Part shown: positions 43,109 to 52,558 of the stretch, one piece after another
Layout: each line of letters opens with the position of its first letter
Numbering within the stretch: position 1 is the stretch's first letter
NCBI GenBank assembly: GCA_964561455.1
Contig: CAZLPS010000009.1
Span: forward strand, 13,380-77,379
Source: an uncultured Opitutales bacterium
Lineage (GTDB): Bacteria; Verrucomicrobiota; Verrucomicrobiia; Opitutales; JABDGR01
Direction of reading: 5' to 3'
Length of the DNA stretch: 64,000 nt
Position numbers and translations under genes: made by a program
Notes under the pieces: model-generated
Databases searched by the model: none
What the model was told of the DNA's origin: nothing
What the model saw: only the letters and a program-made list of their open reading frames with translations

Positions 43109-43260
43109 AGTTTCGCGTTTCGGGTTTTGCGTTTCAGGTTGGTCCACCAATTCAGCGCCCGGGTCGGCGGCAAGTGTTCCGCCCGCGACGCTCAGCGCGC
43201 CCGGGTTGGTTTCATTTCGGCAAACTCGAAACTCAAAACCCAAAACTCGAAACCAAAACT
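43109..43260. repeat. Inverted pair of TTTCGNG-flavour heptamer arrays between convergent genes
   Basis: The left array reads agtttcg cgtttcg ggttttg cgtttca ggtt. The right array reads aaactcg aaactca aaaccca aaactcg aaaccaa aact. About 80 nt of GC-rich loop lies between them. Confidence 0.65.
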
Positions 43261-43629
43261 TTACTTGCTCCACGTCTTCGTCACCGCGCCGTCCTTGAAC
43301 TCGACTGACGTGGCCTGATCCACGTGGGTGGACGTGTCCGATGAATACAGAAATATGAAGCCGGAGGCTTTGTTCGAGTTTTCCGTATAATCCCATTCCC
43401 AGACTTCCAGGCCGGACCCAAGGTCCGTCCGCTTGGACGGCACCCCCAGCAGATCAATGACACTCTCTTTGGTCGTGCCGGGCTTTACCTGGGCCAATTG
43501 CTCAGTCGTGATTTTCTTGCCGGTCACCCGGTTCGATGAGCTGTTCGTGATAATGCAGCCGGCGAGACTTACGCCCAGCAGCCCGATGGCGAGAACCCGA
43601 ATGGTGTAACGGCGAACGAAGTTTTTCAT
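43261..43629 (-). CDS. BamE/SmpA-OmlA-like lipoprotein
   Basis: The internal Met at 43629 gives MKNFVRRYTIRVLAIGLLGVSLAGC, a lipobox signal peptide. The sequence ITTEQLAQVKPGTTKESVIDLLGVPS is SmpA/OmlA-like. Confidence 0.65.
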   Translation of the reverse strand: MKNFVRRYTIRVLAIGLLGVSLAGCIITNSSSNRVTGKKITTEQLAQVKPGTTKESVIDLLGVPSKRTDLGSGLEVWEWDYTENSNKASGFIFLYSSDTSTHVDQATSVEFKDGAVTKTWSK

Positions 43630-43851
43630 GAGGTGGGAAATGCAGATTGTGGAATTTTGACACCAGTACCAGGAACCTATTCCACGCCCATTGAACCGGC
43701 CCCATTTCACCAAGGCAATCCTAACTTATGGCGATCAATTTTTGTCCGGTGCGCTACAGAAATTGCCAGCACCCGGTCATTGCAATCAGGAGCCCCGTCA
43801 GGGGCGAAAGAAAAGCGCACCCTTTACAATTCCACGCCGCATGGGAGAAAC

Positions 43852-45678
43852 TCATTTCTCTGCTCCCACAGCGCCCTTCAACTTTTGCCGCAATGCGGCG
43901 CGTTGGACTTCGCTGAGATTTGCGGTTTGGGCGGCGGACGCTGCGGCGGTGGGGTTGTTCGCTGACCAGGTGGTGAGGACCGTTTCAATTTGCGCGGCGC
44001 GCAAGTCGGCGTTGGCGATGGTGTTGGCCCAGGTAAAGGCGGCGACGGGGTCCTTGGCCGCTTGCGCAGAGACCATTTCTTTGACGGCAGCGTCGCGCAG
44101 GTCGCCGGGCATGAGAGTATTGATCCAGAGGGAAAGAGCTTGGGGGTCTTCTTGGACCCACGTTGCGGCCATGGACTCAGTGGCAGTGACTTGTGCCGGT
44201 CCGGCGGGAATTTCGTCGAGCAATGAAACGGCCTGGTCGGGACTTCTTTGAATATCGGCCACGACCAAATTCGTCATGGCGTCGTCGTGGACGGTTCCCG
44301 CTGGCAAACTCTGCACAAAGGCCAGCGCGGCGGGAAAATCCTTTCGGGCCAACCCGTCCGTCAAAATCGGCGCGGCGGCGGCGAATAAGTTGGGGTCCCC
44401 CGCGCTTTGCAGGTAGGCCGTCGCGGCAGCCGGATCCTCGCCCGCCCATTGGGTGATGATGTTCGTAACGGTGTCATTGCGCGAAACCCCATTGGTCTCG
44501 GTCAAAGTCACCGCCCAGGCCAGGGCGCCTTTGGGATCAGATTCGCCCCAGCGGTCGGCGATTTCGTTGATTGCGATTGGCAGGGCTCGTGGGTCGGCGA
44601 CTTTATCCAGCAACGCGATGGCGGCAGCCGGATTGGCGTCGCCGAACATCGAAAAGATGGCGGGAATACTCGCCAGGTAACTGGGGCCGGAAACCGATTG
44701 GTTGAGCCATTCGAGCGCTTGCGTCGAGCCCGCCACTGTGACAACCCCGTCCTGATCCTGGGTCCAAGCAGCGAATATATTCATGAGGATTAGTCTTCGT
44801 TCGTTGGCATTGCCGACTTTGTTCACGTAGTCGGCAGCCAGCTTTGGATTTGAAGTCGCCAGCCCAACAAGGATTTCGTCCAAAATTCCGGAATCAGGCG
44901 GGGACAAGGACGTCGCCCAATCCAGGGCCGCTTGCGGTTCGGCGCCGGGCGGATAAGGAGGATTGGAAAAAACGTCCCTCCATCGTAGAGCCACTAAATT
45001 CAGTGCCTCTTCGCGCGCCGCGCTTGGGGGAATGCATGTAACCAGCGCAGCCGCCCCGGCTGGGTCCGTTTCAGCAATGCGCTCCAAGGCAAACCCCACA
45101 ACATCTCTCAGTTCCAGCAGATCTCCGCCGGATAGTTTTCCCAACAGCAGCAAGGCGTCCTTCGGATGATCTTGCGATAATTCTTCGAGGGCTGAGCCCA
45201 TGATCTCCTTGCGCTTGGCGAAATCGGTCAAGTCGGCGCTCAGAGTCCAGGCCAGGAGGGGATTCTGCGGCGCCAGAAACTGGAGCAACCGAAACTTGAT
45301 ATCATCCCGCTCCGCGCTCGCGGCCCAACCGCCAAGCAGCTTGAAGAGCGTGCCCAAATCCTGCGGTCGGACGTGGAAGAACACCTCATCCAAATCCTCT
45401 TCCTGTTGTTCCTGGTTGCCGGTGTAATCGTCATGGGCCATGGCCGTCAACCGTTCCAGGGCCTCCTGGATGGTGAGATATTTTCTGCGGGGGAGAAATT
45501 CCTCCGTGGCGTTTTCCGCGGTGGTGAGCGCCGGGAACATGCTCTGCCGCAATGCCGCCGGGACTTCGCCAGCCCATTGGGCCACCGGCCCCGGCGCCCG
45601 GCCCAACAGATAAGCGCCTCCCATCGCGGCCCCCAGGAGGCCGACGCGAAGGATGACCATGCGGCGTGGCAATTTCAA
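43852..45678 (-). CDS. Membrane-anchored helical-repeat protein (paralog 3 of 4)
   Basis: An N-terminal TM helix is followed by repeated motifs (ALDWATSLSPPD, ALAWAVTLTETN, AFTWANTIANADLRAAQIETVLTTW). The family is the same as 47-3305, but there is no Gly-rich tail. Confidence 0.7.
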   Translation of the reverse strand: MKLPRRMVILRVGLLGAAMGGAYLLGRAPGPVAQWAGEVPAALRQSMFPALTTAENATEEFLPRRKYLTIQEALERLTAMAHDDYTGNQEQQEEDLDEVFFHVRPQDLGTLFKLLGGWAASAERDDIKFRLLQFLAPQNPLLAWTLSADLTDFAKRKEIMGSALEELSQDHPKDALLLLGKLSGGDLLELRDVVGFALERIAETDPAGAAALVTCIPPSAAREEALNLVALRWRDVFSNPPYPPGAEPQAALDWATSLSPPDSGILDEILVGLATSNPKLAADYVNKVGNANERRLILMNIFAAWTQDQDGVVTVAGSTQALEWLNQSVSGPSYLASIPAIFSMFGDANPAAAIALLDKVADPRALPIAINEIADRWGESDPKGALAWAVTLTETNGVSRNDTVTNIITQWAGEDPAAATAYLQSAGDPNLFAAAAPILTDGLARKDFPAALAFVQSLPAGTVHDDAMTNLVVADIQRSPDQAVSLLDEIPAGPAQVTATESMAATWVQEDPQALSLWINTLMPGDLRDAAVKEMVSAQAAKDPVAAFTWANTIANADLRAAQIETVLTTWSANNPTAAASAAQTANLSEVQRAALRQKLKGAVGAEK

Positions 45679-45714
45679 AAAATAAAGAATGACGGCCGGG
45701 AATGAAAATTCAGG

Positions 45715-47649
45715 CTACGGCGCCAGGTTGTATTGCCGGGCGCTTTTCGCATTCAACGCCGTCAGGAGTTTATCCCTCGTGCTGGCGCGGACCTTCGGGT
45801 CGCTGATGGTCATGGCCCAGTACAGCGCGTCCTCGACGTCGGTCGGAGCCTGGTGCTGAATCACCTGCAAGAGCAGGGCGTCGCGCTGGCTGCCGTTGGG
45901 CAGGGTCGTCAATTGCATGGTGAGCTGCACCAACTCCACCTGCGCTGCTTTGGTTTGGGGATCGCTGATACTGTTGGCCAACTCGAGGGCGGAATTTGGG
46001 TTGGAGGCGGATTGCGCGCTGATCAACTGCACCGTGGCGGCGTCCCGCAGGTCTCCCGCCGGCTGGTTGGCCAGCCAGCCGGCCAGGGCTTTGGGATTCT
46101 GCTGCGCCCAGGCGGCGGCAAACGTGTTGGTGGCCTCAATTTGCGCCGGACCGGCGGGTATTTGGGAAATAATTCCGGCCGCCGCCGCCGGGTCGTTCAT
46201 GCTTTCCGTGATGACCAGTCCGTTCAACGTGGCGTCACGTTTGGGGTCCGCCGGCAAATTGAGCGCATAATTCCAGGCGGTGGAAAAATCAAATTGGGCA
46301 ATTTGATATAAGGCGCTCGACAGCGCCATATCCTTGTTCGAGCCGTCGGGAAGGTTTTGGACGAACTCCAATGCCGCCTTGGGACTGTCAGCAACCAGGT
46401 AGTTGGCAATGTTGGACGCGGCGGCCAGGAAAAGCGACTGATCCGGCAGGTTTTGCACGTACGCCGCGGCGGCCGCCGGCTCGTTGCTCCACCACCGCGA
46501 GAGAATTAACGCCGCGGCCGAATCCCCGGCAGCCCGATCGGCATCGGGCAGCGATTGGGCCCAGGCAATTCCGGCTTCCCTTCCGCCGGTCCAATCGCTC
46601 GCTATTCCATTGATCATTTGCGCGCGCAAATCGAGCCCGGTGACCTTTTCCAACAAGGCGGGCGCATCCTCCATCCCGCTCACATGTCTGAAAATGTCTT
46701 GCACGGCATGGTCATAGGTCGTTCCGGTGGCGACCTCGTTAAGCCAATCCAAAGCCATCGGCGCTGCGGTCTTTCTTATCTCCCACGGCGTCATATTCGA
46801 GTTGTCGCCGAGGTCATCGCCCCAATGGGCGGTGACGTACTCAATCGTCTCATTGCGGGCTTTTACATCCTGAATGTTTTCCACAAAGGATGCCGCCAAT
46901 TGGGGAACCTTGGGCACGGCATCTTTGATGGCGTCCGTGAGAATGGACGGGTTCTCCGGCAATAGGGCACTGGCAAAACGCAGGGCATCCTCGTAATCTG
47001 AGCTTAGGGCGACCCCGCGCAGCGCCCCGCTCCGTGCCTCTCCCGGGGGCAGGGCGAGCGCGGCCGCAGCGACTTCGGAAAAATGTTCAGGCTGGGAAGC
47101 CCAAACCTGGTAAACCCGGCAATAGGGGCCTGCCGCCCCAAGGTCAGGCGGGAGTTTGTCCAATTCCGCGAATGCGAGGGCGAGGTCTTTTTCCGCCAGG
47201 GCCTCGAGGGCATTGTTGAATTGTTCGGTGCGTTGATCGGGGTCGGAAATTTTGCCGGAAAGAGCCAGGGCCGCCGCGGGGTCTACCGCCCGAAGTTTCT
47301 TAAACAAGCTTTCAAAAATATGGCGATAATCCTTCTCTTCGCCCAAGAGCGAGCAAACTTGTTCAATCAGGAATGGCAAATCAAGGGGATTAACTCGCTC
47401 AACAATATGATCGAGGCCCATGGGGTATTTACCCTGCAGGAACAATTGCAATTCCTGCAAAGCTTGCGCGCGGGTCAGGACTGCGGGCTCCTGCTTTGCC
47501 AACGCGGCTTTGTGTATGGCTTGTTCCCTGGCGGCCGCCTGGGTTTCCTCTTTTTCAATCCGCTGCGACACCCCGGCCATATAGGCCATGGCGACTGCGG
47601 CGAGGACAAAAGCCGTGCGAACGATCAACCTGGGGATGCGGGCTTTCAT
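45715..47649 (-). CDS. Membrane-anchored helical-repeat protein (paralog 4 of 4)
   Basis: An N-terminal TM helix is followed by motifs such as ALDWLNEVATG, GIAWAQSLPDAD and ALYWAMTISDPKVRAS. It is collinear with 43852-45678. Confidence 0.7.
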   Translation of the reverse strand: MKARIPRLIVRTAFVLAAVAMAYMAGVSQRIEKEETQAAAREQAIHKAALAKQEPAVLTRAQALQELQLFLQGKYPMGLDHIVERVNPLDLPFLIEQVCSLLGEEKDYRHIFESLFKKLRAVDPAAALALSGKISDPDQRTEQFNNALEALAEKDLALAFAELDKLPPDLGAAGPYCRVYQVWASQPEHFSEVAAAALALPPGEARSGALRGVALSSDYEDALRFASALLPENPSILTDAIKDAVPKVPQLAASFVENIQDVKARNETIEYVTAHWGDDLGDNSNMTPWEIRKTAAPMALDWLNEVATGTTYDHAVQDIFRHVSGMEDAPALLEKVTGLDLRAQMINGIASDWTGGREAGIAWAQSLPDADRAAGDSAAALILSRWWSNEPAAAAAYVQNLPDQSLFLAAASNIANYLVADSPKAALEFVQNLPDGSNKDMALSSALYQIAQFDFSTAWNYALNLPADPKRDATLNGLVITESMNDPAAAAGIISQIPAGPAQIEATNTFAAAWAQQNPKALAGWLANQPAGDLRDAATVQLISAQSASNPNSALELANSISDPQTKAAQVELVQLTMQLTTLPNGSQRDALLLQVIQHQAPTDVEDALYWAMTISDPKVRASTRDKLLTALNAKSARQYNLAP

Positions 47650-47695
47650 CAGGGGATATCATTGCAAGGCTGGGAAAGGCAGGCAAGACGGAATT

Positions 47696-47773
47696 GACTT
47701 GGTGCCCTGGCGCTTGGTGCTTGGGCTTATTCGCCCACGGTGTTATTTCGTTATTGTAACCGCAAACCGTCAC
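47696..47773. repeat. Heptamer tract (CTTGGTG flavour, complement of the 4051-4090 tract; plus GTAAACC flavour)
   Basis: The first tract reads cttggtg ccctggc gcttggt gcttggg. The second reads gtaaccg caaaccg tcacctt. Confidence 0.5.
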
Positions 47774-47787
47774 CTTCTCCCCATCTC

Positions 47788-49668
47788 TTACTCCCCGCGC
47801 GAACTCGTCATTTTCCAGTCCGTGTCATACAACACTGGCGATACAAAACCCGGATATGAAATGCCCGGCAGTCGCAACTTTAAGCTGCGCATGTGGGCCG
47901 CAGTTTCATTGGCCAATTGCGCCCGGAACAACGTCAGGTCGAGATTGGCGGGGTTGAAGCCGGGATGGCGCTGGCTCAAGATGGCGTCGGCCGCTTTGTC
48001 GCCGGGATAGAAGGCGTGAAATTCCAAAATGGTCTGCGTGTCGTACATTCCACCGTCGTTCGGGTCGCTGCCGGCCAAGGTGGCCCCGCGGTCGGCCGTG
48101 GCGGGCGCGCCGATGAGAAAATTCCGCCAGTGCGGATGGCCCCACAGGTTGTTCCCCCGGCGCGCAAGCACCACCATCGCCAGAATTTGGAACTGCAGAT
48201 TTCCCGCCTTGGCGCCTTCGGCGGTCGGTTGGCCTTTGGCGTCCAGTCCCCAGTCGAGGAAACTTTGCGCCAGTTCGGCGTCGGCGGCATAGCCTTCGGC
48301 GTCGAATCCCGGCAAGCCTTCGATTGCGGCGAGCGCGAGGAGGTGACTTAATCCATTGCCGGCGGTGGTGCGGCGGCCATAGGTCGCTTTGGCAATAACG
48401 CGGCGCATGGTGTCAAGCTGGTCGGGCGTCATCCATTTGCCGGCAAAGTCCAGCGCCAGGCCGAGGTCGAGATGCGCTGCCACTTCATCCACGCCTTTCC
48501 AGCCGGTCGCGGAAAACCCCGCCAGCGACGGCGTAAAGGCGAATTCGTTTGCCGACGTGGCCAGAATCTCCGTCAGGTGCGGCTCAAGCGCCTGGTAATA
48601 ATTGCAAATCGCCGTGGCCGCCTGCCGGCCGTGGTCGGCATCGTCCGCGAGCAGGCAAAACAGCGCCATGGAGACGAGGCTGTTGGTCGGGTAGTTGACG
48701 TTCGCGGAATAGATGCCCTCGCTCTTGACGTCGGCGGCGTAGTCGGCCGCGCCGCCGTTGACGAGTTTTTGAAAATACTGCCCGTCGGCCGTCCCCGGAT
48801 TCCACCAGGTGTTTTTGAACATGGCCTCCATCTCGGCCATGGACATCTGCATGACAATGCTTTCCTTGATGCGCGCCTGTACGTTGGGCAAATCGTCCGG
48901 ACTGAACAACAACCGCGGATAAACGCCGGGCGCCGGAACCTTGGTGCCCAGCAGCTTTTGCTCGAAACCGCTCAAATTGTAGGCCGAACGCGGGACGGTC
49001 GGCGGCTTGGGCGGCGCCACCGGGGCCGGCAGTTGACCAAGGTATTTTTGTGCGACTTTTGCACTGGCATATTCTTCCGGCATGTCGAACGCGGACACCA
49101 CGTTGTCGTGCAGGTTTAATTCATGCGTGGTAAACGAAAAATCCTCCTTGTGCCCGGCGCAATACAAACCGCTATCGTCATGGAAAAAAGTCAGCCCCAA
49201 GGCGGAACTGGCGTCGGCGAAATTCACATACGTCTTACCCTTCACCTGTATCGTGCGCACAGTCGCCGGCCAGGTTTGGGCCGGTCGGGGAGTGGCATAG
49301 ACCCATCGTTCCCGCAAATAGTCGGGCGCGGCTGCAGCAGGGGTGACGGCCGTCAGGCCCAGGCTGGCCGCAAAGGAGCCGGGGACGTAAACCTCGCCGT
49401 TTTGCAGGACCGGGAATGCATGCAGAGGATCCTCGTCATCCAGCGCCACCCGATAGCCGAGGATGTAGCCATAGCGGCTGCCGGTAAACACCGCAAACTG
49501 ATCCCTGATTTTGTCCACCCCCGCGGGCCAGCCCGTGCGGGTGTACGCCCAGCCGCTATTCTGCCGCAACAGCGCCGGAACGCCGCCCGTCACGGTTTGG
49601 GCCATGCTGGGCAGGGACAAACCATAACCCAGGGCCAAAACGGCCAGTTTCCCACGAATAGAGCGCAT
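47788..49668 (-). CDS. Secreted hypothetical protein; possible heparinase II/III-like polysaccharide lyase
   Basis: The Met at 49668 gives MRSIRGKLAVLALGYGLSLPSMAQT, a signal peptide. The sequence YPRLLFSPDDLPNVQARIKES and an alpha-helical middle region are reminiscent of heparinase II/III N-terminal domains. This is weak pattern recognition only. Confidence 0.5.
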   Translation of the reverse strand: MRSIRGKLAVLALGYGLSLPSMAQTVTGGVPALLRQNSGWAYTRTGWPAGVDKIRDQFAVFTGSRYGYILGYRVALDDEDPLHAFPVLQNGEVYVPGSFAASLGLTAVTPAAAAPDYLRERWVYATPRPAQTWPATVRTIQVKGKTYVNFADASSALGLTFFHDDSGLYCAGHKEDFSFTTHELNLHDNVVSAFDMPEEYASAKVAQKYLGQLPAPVAPPKPPTVPRSAYNLSGFEQKLLGTKVPAPGVYPRLLFSPDDLPNVQARIKESIVMQMSMAEMEAMFKNTWWNPGTADGQYFQKLVNGGAADYAADVKSEGIYSANVNYPTNSLVSMALFCLLADDADHGRQAATAICNYYQALEPHLTEILATSANEFAFTPSLAGFSATGWKGVDEVAAHLDLGLALDFAGKWMTPDQLDTMRRVIAKATYGRRTTAGNGLSHLLALAAIEGLPGFDAEGYAADAELAQSFLDWGLDAKGQPTAEGAKAGNLQFQILAMVVLARRGNNLWGHPHWRNFLIGAPATADRGATLAGSDPNDGGMYDTQTILEFHAFYPGDKAADAILSQRHPGFNPANLDLTLFRAQLANETAAHMRSLKLRLPGISYPGFVSPVLYDTDWKMTSSRGE

Positions 49669-49846
49669 AATGGTCATGCCTGGGAAAATAATGACTCGCT
49701 GCGGCGTGACAATCCCCAATCCCGGTTATGCGCCCGGCGATATATTGCGCTTGGCAAAATTTGTCCCGGCAACTAATTTGCTTCCCGGGCATCCGCAACT
49801 CCGCTCCCAGCCAATCTTTCCCCACCTTTTTCGTAAAAACCACCCG

Positions 49847-51145
49847 ATGGGTCACCGCATCTTAATTTTGGACGACGACGTGGACTTTAACAGTCTGCTC
49901 ACCGACATCTTCAGCCAGGCAGGTTACGATGTGACGCCGGAACTCGATCCGCAGAAGGCGCTCTCCCTCATTCGGGAATTCCAATTTGACCTTGTCGTGA
50001 CCGACCAGCGCATGCCGGGCATCAGTGGCAAGGACTTTTTGCGCGAGTTGAAAAAGGTGCAGCCCCGCACGCCCATTATCATGGTTTCCGGCTTCCTCGA
50101 CAACGAGACCATCCGCGAGCTCATTCGCGAAGGGGTCGGCGGCGTCTTTCTCAAGCCCCTCAATGTCTTTTCGCTGCTCAAGCGCACCGCCAAATTACTG
50201 GAGCAGAGCAATGGCGGCCTGCCCCGCCCGGGCGAGCCCGAATCCGAAGCCGTTGGCCAGCCGGAGTTTCACCATACCCTGCCGTTTGCCTTTTCCTCGT
50301 TTCCCTGCCGCGACGCCAAATCCGGGGAATTCGCCAACAAACTTTACGCCCTGCGGAATTTTAAAAGCTACCTGACGCTCTCCGGGCCCCGCGGCGCCCA
50401 TTTTGCCGCCGTGTGCAGGGATTTTGAGGCCCTCCGCGAAAAGCCGGACGAACGCTTTCTCTTTTTGACCAACACCATGGTCGAGGCCGCCACCTTGTTG
50501 CGTCTGTTGCGGGAAAACGAGGAGCGCGAACGGGTGACCCTCTGTTTCCTTGAAGCCGATACCCTCGACCTCGAGCGCCAGCGCCTGCTGCCGCAGATCG
50601 CGCGCAAAAGCGGCCCGTTTGCGGGCCTCAAACTGATCACGCGGTTCATCTTCTGCCTGTCCGAGAGCCTCGACACCCTCTACGACAACGGCCTGATTGA
50701 TGAGAATTTGTACCTTCTTACCAGCTCGTCCGAATTGGTCGTGCCAGGTCTCGAGGACGTGCGCGACGACATCCCGCTGCTGGCGCAGCAAATTTTGGTG
50801 CGTGAAGCGGCGGCGCAACATTTGAGTCAGGTGCCCAAGTTGGACGTTTCGGCCAGGGCCTATTTGCGCGACCGCGCCTGGCCCGGCAATTACAACGAAT
50901 TACAGCAAGTCATCTTGGGCGCCTTGGGCCAGTCCCGCAAAGGCACGCTGACTCGCGACAGCCTCGAAAAATCCAGCCTCCCCGGCACCTCCCCTGCGGT
51001 TGAATTACGCGAGCATCTTGCCCGCCTGCGCGACGAATACGCCCAGGCGGCAAACATCTTGTGTGGGGGCAACCGCGCCGCCCTCGGCCAAACCCTCGGC
51101 GTTAGCGAGGCCGTTGCCGGGTTGCTGGCGGAACCGAAGGGGTAG
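49847..51145 (+). CDS. NtrC-like response regulator with a degenerate AAA+ domain
   Basis: The ATG at 49847 starts a REC domain: ILILDDDVDFNSLL ... DLVVTDQRMPGISG ... IIMVSG ... FLKP. The central region keeps GNYNELQQVI (compare GNVRELENVI), but the Walker A position reads LSGPRGAHFAAV. The C-terminal sequence GGNRAALGQTLGVSEAV is Fis-type HTH-like. Confidence 0.7.
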   Translation: MGHRILILDDDVDFNSLLTDIFSQAGYDVTPELDPQKALSLIREFQFDLVVTDQRMPGISGKDFLRELKKVQPRTPIIMVSGFLDNETIRELIREGVGGVFLKPLNVFSLLKRTAKLLEQSNGGLPRPGEPESEAVGQPEFHHTLPFAFSSFPCRDAKSGEFANKLYALRNFKSYLTLSGPRGAHFAAVCRDFEALREKPDERFLFLTNTMVEAATLLRLLRENEERERVTLCFLEADTLDLERQRLLPQIARKSGPFAGLKLITRFIFCLSESLDTLYDNGLIDENLYLLTSSSELVVPGLEDVRDDIPLLAQQILVREAAAQHLSQVPKLDVSARAYLRDRAWPGNYNELQQVILGALGQSRKGTLTRDSLEKSSLPGTSPAVELREHLARLRDEYAQAANILCGGNRAALGQTLGVSEAVAGLLAEPKG

Positions 51146-51524
51146 GGGCTTTGCTCGTTTTATTCACCGGCAATCCATCGGCCTGCGGGACATAATACAT
51201 CAGCAGCACCCAGCCGAGAAAAACCGGAAACAACCCCACGGTGACTACTGCCGCGCCGACGATGCCAATAACCACTCCCAGCCACACCGACAGCAGGTTC
51301 ATCACCACCAGGATGCATACCGGCAGCACCACCAGCAAAAACGACACCACATAGCCAATGGACGTGGTGCTGAACGTGAACCCGTCCTCCCCGCCATGCG
51401 CCAGGCCGCATTGGGGGCAGGTGCGATGCAATTGAAACCAGTTGCGCAACTGGCCGCGGGCATCGCAATTTGGGCAGTGCAGGAGCAGGCAGCGCTTGGC
51501 GATTTCTCCGCGGGGAACAATCAT
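51102..51524 (-). CDS. DUF983 family zinc-ribbon membrane protein
   Basis: The sequence CPNCDARGQLRNWFQLHRTCPQCGL is followed by two TM helices. The 3' end overlaps the convergent response-regulator gene by 44 nt. Confidence 0.65.
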   Translation of the reverse strand: MIVPRGEIAKRCLLLHCPNCDARGQLRNWFQLHRTCPQCGLAHGGEDGFTFSTTSIGYVVSFLLVVLPVCILVVMNLLSVWLGVVIGIVGAAVVTVGLFPVFLGWVLLMYYVPQADGLPVNKTSKAPTPSVPPATRQRPR

Positions 51525-51539
51525 GGCTTCTGGAATTCG

Positions 51540-52394
51540 CTACTGAAGGGGCACGAACTCCTGCTGGCCGTTGCCTTCGGTGACAATTACCCCGATCGGC
51601 TTCCCATTGGAATCATACACGATTTTGCCCGACTTCGTGGACGACATGGGCACGGAACTTGTCGAGGGTTGCGCGGGCGTCGGCGCGGTTGGCGCTGCCG
51701 GAGTCGGCGCGGGCGCCGGGCTCGTCACCACGATCGTGGGTGGCGGTGAAATCAACGTGGGCATAATGATTTGCTGTTGCGGGGGCACCACCACACATTC
51801 CCCCAATACCACGCCTTGCGGCGAGGTTTGATAGGCGATGAACGCGCCGGGCGGCACCCGCCGGGAAAGTACGACCTCGCCCGCCGGACCGTATGTGACC
51901 AACGCGACATTTTGCGGCAATGATTCAGCCACAAAATACCCAGGCGGCAGCGTCGAATAGATGGGAACGCCTGCTTGCACGGCATAGACCGGCGTATTCA
52001 CCGGCAAGCCCAGCATATTGGCCAGCTCGACGGTTGCAATGTCCCCAATGCCCCAGACCAGGGACGCCGCGAGCGGCCGAAGCAGCAAATCACGCAAGGT
52101 GTCCCGCGAATCAATAAACCGCGGGCCCGGCGCCGGGCGCACAAAGCGGAATTCCTCGCGATTCGGTCCCACCAGAAAGCGGGGGCCCGCATGCGGATCC
52201 TCGATGGAGACGCGGACATCCGGCCGGCCCATGGGCGGCCCGCCGCGGCCCATTTCCGGTCCCCGGTTTTGCGCCAGGGCCGTGGTCGGGAGCGTCATCG
52301 TGAACATCGCCAGGGCGAAGACGCCCACGGCGACGGCTTGGGAAGTGCGCCCGGGCAGGCCCAGGCAGGAGGAGGGGAGCAATTTCATAGTCAT
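51540..52394 (-). CDS. Hypothetical secreted protein with Pro/Thr/Ala-rich linker
   Basis: The signal-like N-terminus is AVAVGVFALAMFTMTLPTTALAQ. No recognisable domain was found. Confidence 0.5.
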   Translation of the reverse strand: MTMKLLPSSCLGLPGRTSQAVAVGVFALAMFTMTLPTTALAQNRGPEMGRGGPPMGRPDVRVSIEDPHAGPRFLVGPNREEFRFVRPAPGPRFIDSRDTLRDLLLRPLAASLVWGIGDIATVELANMLGLPVNTPVYAVQAGVPIYSTLPPGYFVAESLPQNVALVTYGPAGEVVLSRRVPPGAFIAYQTSPQGVVLGECVVVPPQQQIIMPTLISPPPTIVVTSPAPAPTPAAPTAPTPAQPSTSSVPMSSTKSGKIVYDSNGKPIGVIVTEGNGQQEFVPLQ

Positions 52395-52558
52395 GATGGG
52401 TTCACCGATTGGGACAGGGGGTCGGGCGCGCGAGTTCCGTCACGGGCGGCGCCGGAGCTTAAGTCATTTCAAACGAGCGTTTTAAAATAGATTATTTAAC
52501 GGTTAGTTTGCACAACTAAAGGTTGCGCTGCGAGGAAATTCCGCCAGCTTTCAACGGC

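Noticed and set aside
51102-51145. A 44-nt convergent overlap between the response-regulator gene and the DUF983 gene was considered as a possible antisense regulatory arrangement.
   Set aside because: The last roughly 30 codons of the DUF983 ORF are Pro/Thr/Ser-rich and poorly protein-like. The overlap may simply reflect late stop codons in GC-rich DNA, and there is no independent evidence for regulation.
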